Shown here: positions 38,139 to 46,988 of the stretch, one piece after another | How the letters are laid out: each line of letters opens with the position of its first letter | Numbering within the stretch: position 1 is the stretch's first letter | Assembly: GCA_038231435.1 (NCBI GenBank) | Contig: JBBRLJ010000018.1 | Location: 1-64,000 of the forward strand | DNA length: 64,000 nucleotides | Reading direction: 5' to 3' | DNA from: Planctomycetota bacterium | Lineage (GTDB): Bacteria > Planctomycetota > UBA11346 | Position numbers and translations under genes: made by a program | The notes under the pieces: model-generated | Databases searched by the model: none | Told to the model about the DNA's origin: nothing | Seen by the model: only the letters and a program-made list of their open reading frames with translations

Positions 38139-38405
38139 GCCCCGCTCCGGCGCAGCCGGAGATGCGAGCGTAGCGAGCGAGCGCCGCAGGCGCACGGGGC
38201 CGTCGTACGCGCAGTGCGCCCGGGCGCGTCACCATAAAATTCCATCACGCGAAGGGGGCAGCGCCGACAGGCGCGTTGACGGGGGGTCGTTAGACCCCCC
38301 GTCTGAAGAAAGGCCCCGCTCCGGCGCAGCCGGAGATGCGAGCGCAGCGAGCGCGCGCCGCAGGCGCGCACGGGGCCGTGAAGCCTAGCAGCGCACGGGG
38401 CCGTG
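38139..38405. repeat. Two ~65-bp direct repeats (38139-38203, 38313-38379) flanking a perfect 11-bp hairpin (38278-38303); REP/BIME-like
   Basis: GCCCCGCTCCGGCGCAGCCGGAGATGCGAGCG...CACGGGGCCGT occurs twice; GACGGGGGGTC-GTTA-GACCCCCCGTC. Confidence 0.85.
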
Positions 38406-38409
38406 ACGT

Positions 38410-40221
38410 CTAGTCGTCGTCGGTGACCGCGACCAGCTTCACCCGGATGGTGCCGGTGCCGAGCGAGCCCCAGGTGTTGTGTGGCATGATCCACAGGTGG
38501 CCCTTGCCGGTGATGATGCCGGGGGCGATCTCGTCGCTCTCGCCAACTTTGCAGACCAGCGCCGCCTGGGCGAACTTGCCGCGGCCGTAATAGCCGAACC
38601 CCGAACTCATCCCGGATCCACCCCCGCCTCCGTTGGTCGAGCGCCTGGGCACCAGGCCCTTGTAGTTGGTCGAGAAGTCATCGGATCCGTCGTTGAACTT
38701 CCACTCGTCGGTCGGATGCGGGACGACGCGGATGCGCTGGCCGGGCACCAGCGCGATGTTGCCGTCGCTGCGGTCGATGCGCGCCTCGATGGTGAGCAGG
38801 GTGCCCTTGAGCTTGTCCCACTGCTTCGGGGTGATGTTCTCGAAATCGGTGATCACCGCCGGCAGCACCTTGTCGATGTCGTCCATGTTCTTCTCGACCA
38901 TCTGCTTGTTCACGCCGGCCAGCTTCGGCTGGGCCTGCGCATACCAGAACTGCGCGCGCGACCACATCGGGATCTTGTCGGCGGATGGCGCCTTCTTGCC
39001 GAGGTTGTACCAGGCATCGGCGGTCTGCTTCTGTTCAGCGACGTCCTTGGGAACGCTGATCTCCATCTCGGCTACGGCGTGCATGTCGGGGTCGGCGCCG
39101 AGGGACAGCATCGGCAGGCCGAGATCCCAGCGCGAGATGTTGAAGCAGAAGAATCTGCCAACGGCGGTGTTCGCGGCCTTGTCGGTGGGATCGTCCATCA
39201 GCTTGAGGATCAGCGTCGAGGTGGTCTTGCTCTTCATCGCAGTGAGCGTCGCGCGCTTGTGCGCGGTGACGTCGTAGCCCTGGAACGTCGAACCGGCCTT
39301 CTCGATGGACGAGAGCAGGGTTTCGTAATCCTCAGATTCCATCGCTAGGCGCGTACTCTCGTCGAGCATGACGTAGTAGAGCGCCGCATCATCCTTGCTG
39401 TTGGCGGCATCTGCCACCAGCTTCTTCGCGAACGCTCGCTTCTGCGAATCCTTCTTCTTCGCGTAGTCATCCTTGTAGGCCTTCTTGAGCACGCCGAGCG
39501 CCTTGTCTTGCGCGGCCTTGTCGGGCACCGCCATCGCCGTGCCCTCGATCACCGGCGGCGGCTGCATGAAGCGGCTCTTGCGCACCTGGTTCAGCTCGGC
39601 CTTCAGCTGCTCCTGCTCCTTTTTCCGCTCCTCGGAGACCTGCGTCATGTACGCGGTCTGCTCCTTGGCGAAGATGGCCGACGCCTTCTTGGCGGCATCG
39701 GTGTCGGGGAAGCGCTCGATGACCTCGCTGAAGCGCACCGCCACGAGCAGGTGCTTGTCGGCGTTCCCCTCCTGGAACTTGACCGCGCGATCGAAGTAGG
39801 CCGTCGCCTCCTCGACCGGGACTTCCTTGGTCATGACCATCTGCGCGCGCGCCAGGTCGCTCTCGGCGCTGCCGCCTTTCTTGGCGACGTAATCCTGGAG
39901 GTTGTCCAGGTTCATGCGCTTCTTGCACCAGAAGATGTTCGCCTGCATCTCGCACACCGCGTCGACGTCATTGACCTGCTCGTAGCCATGCATGGCGCTC
40001 GAGAAAGCGAGGGCGGCATCGACGCCACGGTGAGGGTCCGCATCCGCGTCGCGCATCGCCTGCATGCCTACCGCAGCCTGGGTGTCGGCGGCCTTGCGTA
40101 CCGCGGCGGCGTCTGCCGGCGCGTTCGTCGCGGCGGGTTCCGCGGCGGGCTTGAGCTTGGCATCCTCGCACCACAACGAGGCGGACAGGCTGAGAAGGAC
40201 GAGGCACGGGACCAGGCGCAT
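38410..40221 (-). CDS. Secreted alpha-helical hypothetical protein with C-terminal beta-rich domain
   Basis: Signal peptide MRLVPCLVLLSLSASLWC; GGAG RBS; long ORF with protein-like composition. Confidence 0.75.
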   Translation of the reverse strand: MRLVPCLVLLSLSASLWCEDAKLKPAAEPAATNAPADAAAVRKAADTQAAVGMQAMRDADADPHRGVDAALAFSSAMHGYEQVNDVDAVCEMQANIFWCKKRMNLDNLQDYVAKKGGSAESDLARAQMVMTKEVPVEEATAYFDRAVKFQEGNADKHLLVAVRFSEVIERFPDTDAAKKASAIFAKEQTAYMTQVSEERKKEQEQLKAELNQVRKSRFMQPPPVIEGTAMAVPDKAAQDKALGVLKKAYKDDYAKKKDSQKRAFAKKLVADAANSKDDAALYYVMLDESTRLAMESEDYETLLSSIEKAGSTFQGYDVTAHKRATLTAMKSKTTSTLILKLMDDPTDKAANTAVGRFFCFNISRWDLGLPMLSLGADPDMHAVAEMEISVPKDVAEQKQTADAWYNLGKKAPSADKIPMWSRAQFWYAQAQPKLAGVNKQMVEKNMDDIDKVLPAVITDFENITPKQWDKLKGTLLTIEARIDRSDGNIALVPGQRIRVVPHPTDEWKFNDGSDDFSTNYKGLVPRRSTNGGGGGSGMSSGFGYYGRGKFAQAALVCKVGESDEIAPGIITGKGHLWIMPHNTWGSLGTGTIRVKLVAVTDDD

Positions 40222-40599
40222 GGAGGCTCCGGAGGAAGACAGCGGGATGACGAACGGCGCATTGCTGACGATCCTGGTAGTATACCCCAGCGGATCGCTT
40301 TGAGGGTGAACGCCTGGAATCGTGGACACGTCCATAGACGGGTGGATCGCCCTCCGGGTTCCCCAGGCAGGCAGGATGGTTGATACCGCTGACAAGGGGC
40401 GGTGTTGTAACCGATTCACAACGGCTCAATTGCCGTTACGTCACTACTGGAGCTATCCCAACGCTTTGCCACGACATGCCGTGGATGGGAGTGCGATGTT
40501 TGACCTTGCATTCCACACTTCCTCCACATTCTGTGCGACCCCTTTTGCTGCATGCCACGTGAAACCGTGGCTTAACTCAGTTTAGGATTAGGAGCCCGA

Positions 40600-41217
40600 A
40601 TGGCCCGCTATACCGGTCCTCGCCTGCGCGTGATCCGCCGCATCGGCACCGAACTTCCCGGCTTCACCACGCGCACGCTGACGCGCCGCCCGTACCCCCC
40701 AGGCGCCGCCGCGGCCGCCCAGGGCAAGCGCATGAGCAAGACCAGCGAGTACGGTCTGCGCCTGCGCGAGAAACAGAAGCTGCGCTTCCACTACGGCCTC
40801 ACCGAGCGCGGCCTGCGCTTGGTGTTCGAGCGCGCGTACCGCCTGCCCGGCGATACCGGCCGCAACATGCTTGGACTGCTCGAGTCGCGCTTGGACAACC
40901 TGATCTGGCGCTCGGGCCTGACCCGCACCATCCCGGCCGCGCGCCAGCTGATTGGCCACGGCCACGTCAACCTCGGCAGCCGCCGCGCCTCCAGCCCAGC
41001 CCAGAGCGTGAAGCCCGGCCAGGTGTTCGCCGTGCGCGAAAAGGCCCGCAATCGCGAGGACCTGCGCGTCACCGTGAACGCCCCGATCCTCGAGCGCCCC
41101 CCGGGTCTCAAGGTCGATCTCGATACCCTGTCGGTGACCGTCGAGTCGCTGCCAGGTCCCGACCAGGTCCCCTTCCCGGTCGACATCCAGAAGGTCATCG
41201 AGTACTTCGCCAAGTAA
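40600..41217 (+). CDS. rpsD: 30S ribosomal protein S4 (no zinc-ribbon cysteines)
   Basis: MARYTGP, SEYGLRLREKQKLR, LLESRLDN, AARQLIGHGH, VIEYF; AGGAG RBS. Confidence 0.96.
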   Translation: MARYTGPRLRVIRRIGTELPGFTTRTLTRRPYPPGAAAAAQGKRMSKTSEYGLRLREKQKLRFHYGLTERGLRLVFERAYRLPGDTGRNMLGLLESRLDNLIWRSGLTRTIPAARQLIGHGHVNLGSRRASSPAQSVKPGQVFAVREKARNREDLRVTVNAPILERPPGLKVDLDTLSVTVESLPGPDQVPFPVDIQKVIEYFAK

Positions 41218-41244
41218 GCCCAGCCCCCAGGCCCGGACTTCCTT

Positions 41245-41280
41245 CGACTACACCCGCCGAAACGGCGGGTGTAGTCGTTT
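41245..41280 (+). terminator. Terminator after rpsD
   Basis: Perfect 15-bp stem CGACTACACCCGCCG-AAA-CGGCGGGTGTAGTCG followed by TTT. Confidence 0.8.
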
Positions 41281-41312
41281 CCAGCCATCCCCCCCATCAT
41301 CCCCAGCAACCT

Positions 41313-41495
41313 GGGGCCCCATCGCCCCGCCGATGGGGCGGGCGCCGAGGGACGGTGGGCGGATATCATCGGCGCAGCCGATCCGCCCACGATCTCGCCG
41401 CCCGGCGGCGAGATCGAGTCCCGACAAAGCCCGTGGGGTAGGCCGCAAGGCCGTAGGGGCGAAGCCCCTGATACCAACAGGGGCGAAGCCCCTGA
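41313..41495 (-). repeat. Inverted partial copy of repeat module A (see 60855-61353) with a duplicated CAGGGGCGAAGCCCCTG hairpin
   Basis: Reverse complement matches 60855-61013 and 61104-61262 over about 155 bp. Confidence 0.88.
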
Positions 41496-41583
41496 CACCA
41501 AAGCCCCCTTCCGTGGAAGCTCCGCCGGCTAGGCACCGACCAGGAAGGTGTTCCTGGTATCCTAGTCTCATTGGAGACTTGAC

Positions 41584-41892
41584 ATGGATACGAGTCGAAA
41601 CCCGGATCAAGCCTCGGCGAGCGAAGAGCTGAAACTCGCTGCCAAGCACCTGTACGGCGCCGCCGACAGCACCTTCGAACGCATCGTCGGCAAGGACCTG
41701 CGGTCGCATATACGCAGCGCCGCTCGCCATATCTTCCAGGCGGGCGTGGCCGCGGTGGACGAGTCCGAGCGTCGCCTGCGTGAACGCCGCCGCGCCTTCG
41801 CCCAGAGAGCGCAGGATCGACCCCTCGAGCCGACCGCCGCGTCGGTCCCGGCGAGCGACATCGCCGGTGGCCACGTGCCGGAATGCCTCTGA
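41584..41892 (+). CDS. Hypothetical amphipathic helical protein upstream of the ABC1 kinase
   Basis: GGAG RBS, 102 aa, overlaps the start of the next gene. Confidence 0.6.
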   Translation: MDTSRNPDQASASEELKLAAKHLYGAADSTFERIVGKDLRSHIRSAARHIFQAGVAAVDESERRLRERRRAFAQRAQDRPLEPTAASVPASDIAGGHVPECL

Positions 41893-43484
41893 GCCCAGCG
41901 CTTGCACCGACACCGGTGGCGATCGCCATCGTGCCCGAGCTACGCGCTCCGGCCCCACTCCCCACCTCGCTGGTGCGGCGCGGGGCTGAGGGCGTGTGGC
42001 TCATCGCGCGGCTCGCCATCGGGTATCTCGCGCTGATCGTCTGCGAACGCCTATGGATCCCGACGCGCCGTTGGCGCATCGCCATGGACGCGTGGGGAAG
42101 CAGATGCTTCACCGCGCACGTACGCAAGCACGGCGCCATGCTCATCAAGATCGGGCAGTTCGTCGCGAGCCGCCCCGATCTGTTCCCCCTCGCCTACATC
42201 GAATCGTGCGCGGCCCTGCGCGACCAGGCTCCGGCGCGGCCGTTCAACGTGGTCGCGGCCGTTCTCGATCTCACCTACGAGGGCCGCACCGCCGCGCACT
42301 TCTCGCGCATCGACGAGATCGCCATCGCCGCCGCCAGCTTCGGTCAGGTGCACCGCGCGTGGCTGACCGATGGGAGGATGGTCGCGATCAAGGTCCAGTA
42401 TCCCGGTCTCCAGCGACTGGTCGCCATCGATCTGTTGCTGACGCGCGCGACCATGCGCCTGCTCAGGATCCTGGTGCACGGCTTCCCGTTCCACGACCTG
42501 CTCGCCGAGCTCGAACGCGCGAGCGCCAGCGAACTCGACTACCTGCAGGAAGCGACCTCGGCCGACCGGCTGCGTCCTTGTCTCGAAAAGCACGGCCTGT
42601 CGGCGCCGACGATCGTCTGGGAGCACACGCGCGAGAAGGTCCTGGTGATGGAGTTCGCGCCGGGAGCGACCTTGGCGCGCACCGACCTCGAGGCCCTGGG
42701 CCACGACGAACGGCTGCGCGTCGCCAATGCCATCATCGATTGCTACCTGTCGATGCTGCTCGACGAAGGCTTCTATCACGCCGATCCGCATGCCGGCAAT
42801 TTCGTCTACGACGCCGGACGCATCTGGCTGATCGATTTCGGCATGACCGGCAGCATCACCAAGCGCGAGGCCGAACTCTACCGGCGCTTCATGATCAACG
42901 TCCAGGGCCAGGATACCGACGGCATGATCGATGTGATGATCCAGCTGGGATTCATCCTGCCCGAGGTGCACCGCGATCAGCTGCGCAAGGTCGCGCGCGA
43001 ACTCTACGCGAGCCTGAAGGATTTCGCGCCGCAAGCGCTCAAGGGTTCGCGCAGGCAGTACGAGATCGGCGCGAAGATCAACGAGATGCTGCGCCGATCG
43101 CAGGGCATCGTCTTCCCGCAACACACCATCATGATCTCGAGAGCCACCAGCCTGCTCGAGGGATTGTGCGTCGAGCTGGTTCCCGACACCAGCTTCCTGA
43201 ACCTGGTCCGGCCGCGCCTGCAGAAGATCATCACGCCGTGGTCGCAGGTGCGGCGCATGCTCGACGAAGCCCGCGAGATGTGGCATGCGCTGCGCATCCT
43301 GCCCGATCGCCTGGCGGCCCTGCACATGCCGCACGCAGGATGGATGGCGCATGCGACGGTAGCCGGCTGCGTGCTGCTGGCGTCGACCCAGCTGCAACCC
43401 GGAGTGCTCCGCGACATCGCCATCGTCTGCTCGAGCATCGCCGCGGTCGCGTCGCTGGTGCGGCATCGCCGCAGTGGCTTTTAG
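41883..43484 (+). CDS. ABC1/UbiB/AarF-family atypical kinase
   Basis: IKIGQ (KxGQ), AAASFGQVHRA, VAIKVQYPG, ELDY, HADPHAGN, IDFGM; C-terminal TM. Confidence 0.92.
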   Translation: MPLSPALAPTPVAIAIVPELRAPAPLPTSLVRRGAEGVWLIARLAIGYLALIVCERLWIPTRRWRIAMDAWGSRCFTAHVRKHGAMLIKIGQFVASRPDLFPLAYIESCAALRDQAPARPFNVVAAVLDLTYEGRTAAHFSRIDEIAIAAASFGQVHRAWLTDGRMVAIKVQYPGLQRLVAIDLLLTRATMRLLRILVHGFPFHDLLAELERASASELDYLQEATSADRLRPCLEKHGLSAPTIVWEHTREKVLVMEFAPGATLARTDLEALGHDERLRVANAIIDCYLSMLLDEGFYHADPHAGNFVYDAGRIWLIDFGMTGSITKREAELYRRFMINVQGQDTDGMIDVMIQLGFILPEVHRDQLRKVARELYASLKDFAPQALKGSRRQYEIGAKINEMLRRSQGIVFPQHTIMISRATSLLEGLCVELVPDTSFLNLVRPRLQKIITPWSQVRRMLDEAREMWHALRILPDRLAALHMPHAGWMAHATVAGCVLLASTQLQPGVLRDIAIVCSSIAAVASLVRHRRSGF

Positions 43485-43531
43485 TTGGGGGGCTACGGCC
43501 CCCCAACATCGGCCTCCGGCCTGCCCCCCAA
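43484..43531 (+). repeat. 48-bp REP-like element (copy of 21913-21960)
   Basis: 47/48 identity in inverted orientation; lies between convergent genes. Confidence 0.9.
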
Positions 43532-43577
43532 AAGGCAGAGATCAGGCGGGTCTAGAGACGGGAGCTTCCTCGGATCC

Positions 43578-44291
43578 CTAGCGGAAGACGCGGTCGTCGG
43601 CGGAGGGCGGCGGGGGAGGACCCATCTCGGGGGCGGAGTCGGGCTTCTCGATCTTTTCGGGTTCGACGAGCGCGGCTGCGGCGTCGACCAGGAAATGTCC
43701 GGCGTGGGCGGCGCGCAGGCGTTCGAGGCTCGCCTTGGCTTCCTCGACCCTAGACAGATGCATCAGCGCCATGACCTCGTAGTAGCCGTAGCGCGCGGAT
43801 TGCGGCTTGGCCACCGAGACCACGTCGAACAGCCCCTGCCAGTCGCTGCCGTCGACCAGCTGCGCGAGCTTCGCGTCGCTGGTCGCGATGGCGCCCTGGT
43901 CGTCGGGAAGGAAGGGCCCAATGATGCCGAGCACGCCCTTCACGGTGCCGTCGACCGGATCGCCCTTCTTGCCGGCGATCGAGACGTGGTGGTCGGTGCG
44001 GCCGTGCACCCACACCGTCGATTCGAGCACGCCGTCCCCACCAGACTTGCGCTCTTCGATGCGCACCACGATCAGGTCAGATGACTTGCGCGTCAGCTGC
44101 GCGCCGATGTCCGGGGAATTCACCAGGTCGATGTCCTTCACGCCGCGCGCGTCGAGCTCCTTGGCGGCGTCGGCGCCGAGCACGACATGGACATGCTTGC
44201 CGCCGGCCTCGGCGAGGGTCTGGGCGATGCGCTCGGCCGCGGCCTTGTCCGGCCCGCTGAAGAGCACGAGGATCATCATCATTTCGACCAT
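43578..44291 (-). CDS. Hypothetical protein with C-terminal TPR-like helices
   Basis: Long ORF with protein-like composition; start uncertain. Confidence 0.6.
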   Translation of the reverse strand: MVEMMMILVLFSGPDKAAAERIAQTLAEAGGKHVHVVLGADAAKELDARGVKDIDLVNSPDIGAQLTRKSSDLIVVRIEERKSGGDGVLESTVWVHGRTDHHVSIAGKKGDPVDGTVKGVLGIIGPFLPDDQGAIATSDAKLAQLVDGSDWQGLFDVVSVAKPQSARYGYYEVMALMHLSRVEEAKASLERLRAAHAGHFLVDAAAALVEPEKIEKPDSAPEMGPPPPPSADDRVFR

Positions 44292-44379
44292 GCGCGGAGC
44301 ATAGCCGGTGCTGGTTTGCCCGGAAGCGCCGGCTTGCCGGACGCCGGGACATTTTCACCCTGCTTGCTAGTCTCCGCCC

Positions 44380-45174
44380 ATGCGCGTAGCGCGGCTCGCC
44401 TGGCTGATGTTCGTGACGGTGCTCAAGCGCCGCCTCGCCTACCGCGGGGACCTGCTGCTGCAGGGACTCGACGAGATCATGCGCGGTCTGGTCAATTTCA
44501 CGATGCTCCAGGTCTACCTGTCGAAATGCTCGGAGGTCGGTAGCTGGACCAAGCCGCAGCTGACCTTCATCCTGGGATTCAGCATGATCCCGACGGCGCT
44601 GTTCCACTGCGTGTGCGGCAACCTCTATTCGCTGTCGAGCACCTACATCATCCAGGGCAACCTCGATCGCGTGCTGCTGCGGCCGTACCCGGCCTTCCTG
44701 CAGATCTGCTTCGACCGCCTGGCGATCGAGGATCTCTCGGGCGTGGTGCTCGGCATCGCGGTGATGGCGTTGGCATTGCCGTACCTGCCGGATTTCCGCT
44801 ACGATCCGCTGCACCTCGCGCTGCTGGTCGCGCTGATGGCCTCGGCGTTCGTGCTGGTGGTGGCGGTGTTCATGGCCTTCGCCGCCACCGGCTTCTGGTT
44901 CGAGGATCGCGTCGGCATGGTTCCGCCGGTCTACAACCTGATGGAGCTCGGACGCTGGCCGAACCGCATCTACCACCCCGCGCTCCAGGCGCTGGTCAGC
45001 TTCGTGATCCCGTTCTCGTTCGTCGCCTTCTACCCGGCCGGGGTCTTCACGGGAAACAAGGAGGCGAGCTGGAATGCCGCCCTGGCGACCCCAGTGGTAG
45101 CGACACTGGCACTCGCGCTCGCGCTCTGCATGTGGCGAGCCGGCATCCGCCGCTACAATTCGACAGGCACCTAG
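44380..45174 (+). CDS. ABC-2 family permease (DUF990-like)
   Basis: LAYRGD, GSWT, GNLDRVLLRP, GRWP..IY, VIPFSFVAFYP, W..GIRRYNSTG. Confidence 0.85.
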   Translation: MRVARLAWLMFVTVLKRRLAYRGDLLLQGLDEIMRGLVNFTMLQVYLSKCSEVGSWTKPQLTFILGFSMIPTALFHCVCGNLYSLSSTYIIQGNLDRVLLRPYPAFLQICFDRLAIEDLSGVVLGIAVMALALPYLPDFRYDPLHLALLVALMASAFVLVVAVFMAFAATGFWFEDRVGMVPPVYNLMELGRWPNRIYHPALQALVSFVIPFSFVAFYPAGVFTGNKEASWNAALATPVVATLALALALCMWRAGIRRYNSTGT

Positions 45175-45287
45175 GGGTGTCGGCGTAACATTTGGCAGGG
45201 CAAGGGCATCGGTTTCCCGATGAACCGCCTGCCGGGTGCTTCGTTGATCTCTTCGTTCGTTGTCTCGGCGCAGCCGCAGGAGCACTC

Positions 45288-46829
45288 ATGGCCCGTCCCG
45301 CCCCCTCGTCCACTCCCTCGCGCCGCCGTTCCGGCGGAGGTGGCGGCTGGCTCTTCCTGTTCGTGGTGGTTGCCGCCGCGGCCGCGGTGTTCTTCTTCGC
45401 CGGCGACAAGGTGCGCGACGTCCTCGGCATCGCGCGCAAGCCCGCCAGCGAAGGCAACGAGCCCACCGCCCCGGCCTCGGTCGAGGGCAAGGTCGTCGAG
45501 CGCCTTCCGCACGAGGCGATGGGCACCAGCGCGGTCGCCACCAAGGCCCCCGAGCAGGCCAAGCCGGTCGAGGTCAAGCCGGTGGTCGACAAGCCGACGA
45601 TCGTGGCGTTCAAGGACCAGGCCAAGGCCGAAGGGCTGGTCGCCGAGGCCGAGAAATATTACAAGACCTTCAAGTGGCAGCAGGCCAAGAGCGCCGCCGA
45701 CCGCACCATCGGGCTGAGCGCCAAGCCGGGCACCCTCGCGCGCGCACGCGACATCTCGAGCGGCTCGAGCGAAATCGAGAACCTGTTCAAGAACCTCGAC
45801 GACAAGGATGAGCTGACCCGCAACTACGACACCTCGCCCAGCCTGGTGCAGATCGACTCTGCGACCGGCCCGATGCTGGTGGTCCCGGTGAGCGGAGACA
45901 ACAGCAAGGATCCGATCATCGTCGATCAGGATCCGGTCAACTACATCAAGACCATGAGCCGCGCCGGCAAGGTCAAGGCGCTGGTGAAGGGCAAGAAGGA
46001 CTTCATCTACGGCGAACTGCCCGACACCCTGACCGAGGTCACCCTCGTCGATCAGACCAAAGTGAAGCAGGAGAAGCAGGCTGATTTCACCCAGAAGCTC
46101 GCCGCGCTGCGCAACAGCTCGGCGGCGCGCGACGCGCTGGCGTGGTACGACGCCGCGAAGTTCGCCTACCGCAACCGCCTCGACGACCAGGTCACCGAGA
46201 TGCTCGACCAAGCGCTCGAGTTCGATCCGGAGCTGGTGAAGAGCGTGCGCGAGGACAAGGCCGCGCGGCTGTACGCCTCGATGATCTTCCACCTGAAGAA
46301 CAACAACAAGAAGCAGGCCGACACCTACATGGGGATGATCCATCGCAAGTACGCCGACACCGACCAGGGCAAGCAGGCGCAGCTGTATTACGACGGCAAG
46401 ACCCAAGAGCTGGTGGCGATGGCGATGGACGAGGACCGCAAGCGCAAAGAGGACGCCGACAAGCGCCGTCTCGCGCGCCTCGACAAGGCCAAGCAGGCCG
46501 GCGACAACACCAAGGTCGCTGCCATCGAGAAGGAATCGACCGAGGTGGAAGTGGTCGCCGACAACGACATTCCGGCGAATCCTGACGAATCTGCCGCGGA
46601 GAAGGCCTACCAGGAAGGCTATAAGGCGTACTCGAAAGCCGTCGACATGCCCGCCACCTCTGAACGCAATGTGGTGTACCGCCAAGCCGCCAAATCGTTC
46701 GGCGCCGCTGTGGCGATGTACAAGAAGCTCATCGAGAAGAATCCTGCCAACATGGAGAGCCTTCAGAACAAGATGGTCGAGGCGAACAAGCTCAAGTTCG
46801 GCGCGGACAAATACGTGACGGCTTTCTGA
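45288..46829 (+). CDS. Membrane-anchored helical hypothetical protein (paralog 1)
   Basis: AGGAG RBS, N-terminal TM; colinear motifs shared with 46989-48428. Confidence 0.8.
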   Translation: MARPAPSSTPSRRRSGGGGGWLFLFVVVAAAAAVFFFAGDKVRDVLGIARKPASEGNEPTAPASVEGKVVERLPHEAMGTSAVATKAPEQAKPVEVKPVVDKPTIVAFKDQAKAEGLVAEAEKYYKTFKWQQAKSAADRTIGLSAKPGTLARARDISSGSSEIENLFKNLDDKDELTRNYDTSPSLVQIDSATGPMLVVPVSGDNSKDPIIVDQDPVNYIKTMSRAGKVKALVKGKKDFIYGELPDTLTEVTLVDQTKVKQEKQADFTQKLAALRNSSAARDALAWYDAAKFAYRNRLDDQVTEMLDQALEFDPELVKSVREDKAARLYASMIFHLKNNNKKQADTYMGMIHRKYADTDQGKQAQLYYDGKTQELVAMAMDEDRKRKEDADKRRLARLDKAKQAGDNTKVAAIEKESTEVEVVADNDIPANPDESAAEKAYQEGYKAYSKAVDMPATSERNVVYRQAAKSFGAAVAMYKKLIEKNPANMESLQNKMVEANKLKFGADKYVTAF

Positions 46830-46988
46830 CGGGCTTTTAGTCGGGGTGCCTGTGGCCCCCGACGTCGGCCGGCCTTGCCCCCAGGAAGAAATTGCGTGGG
46901 CTTCGTTGCGGTCTGGTTGTTTGGTCGCTGATAGACCGCGGCACGAGGTAGTCGCGAGCGCGACGAGCGCGCGAATGGCGGTCCTACG

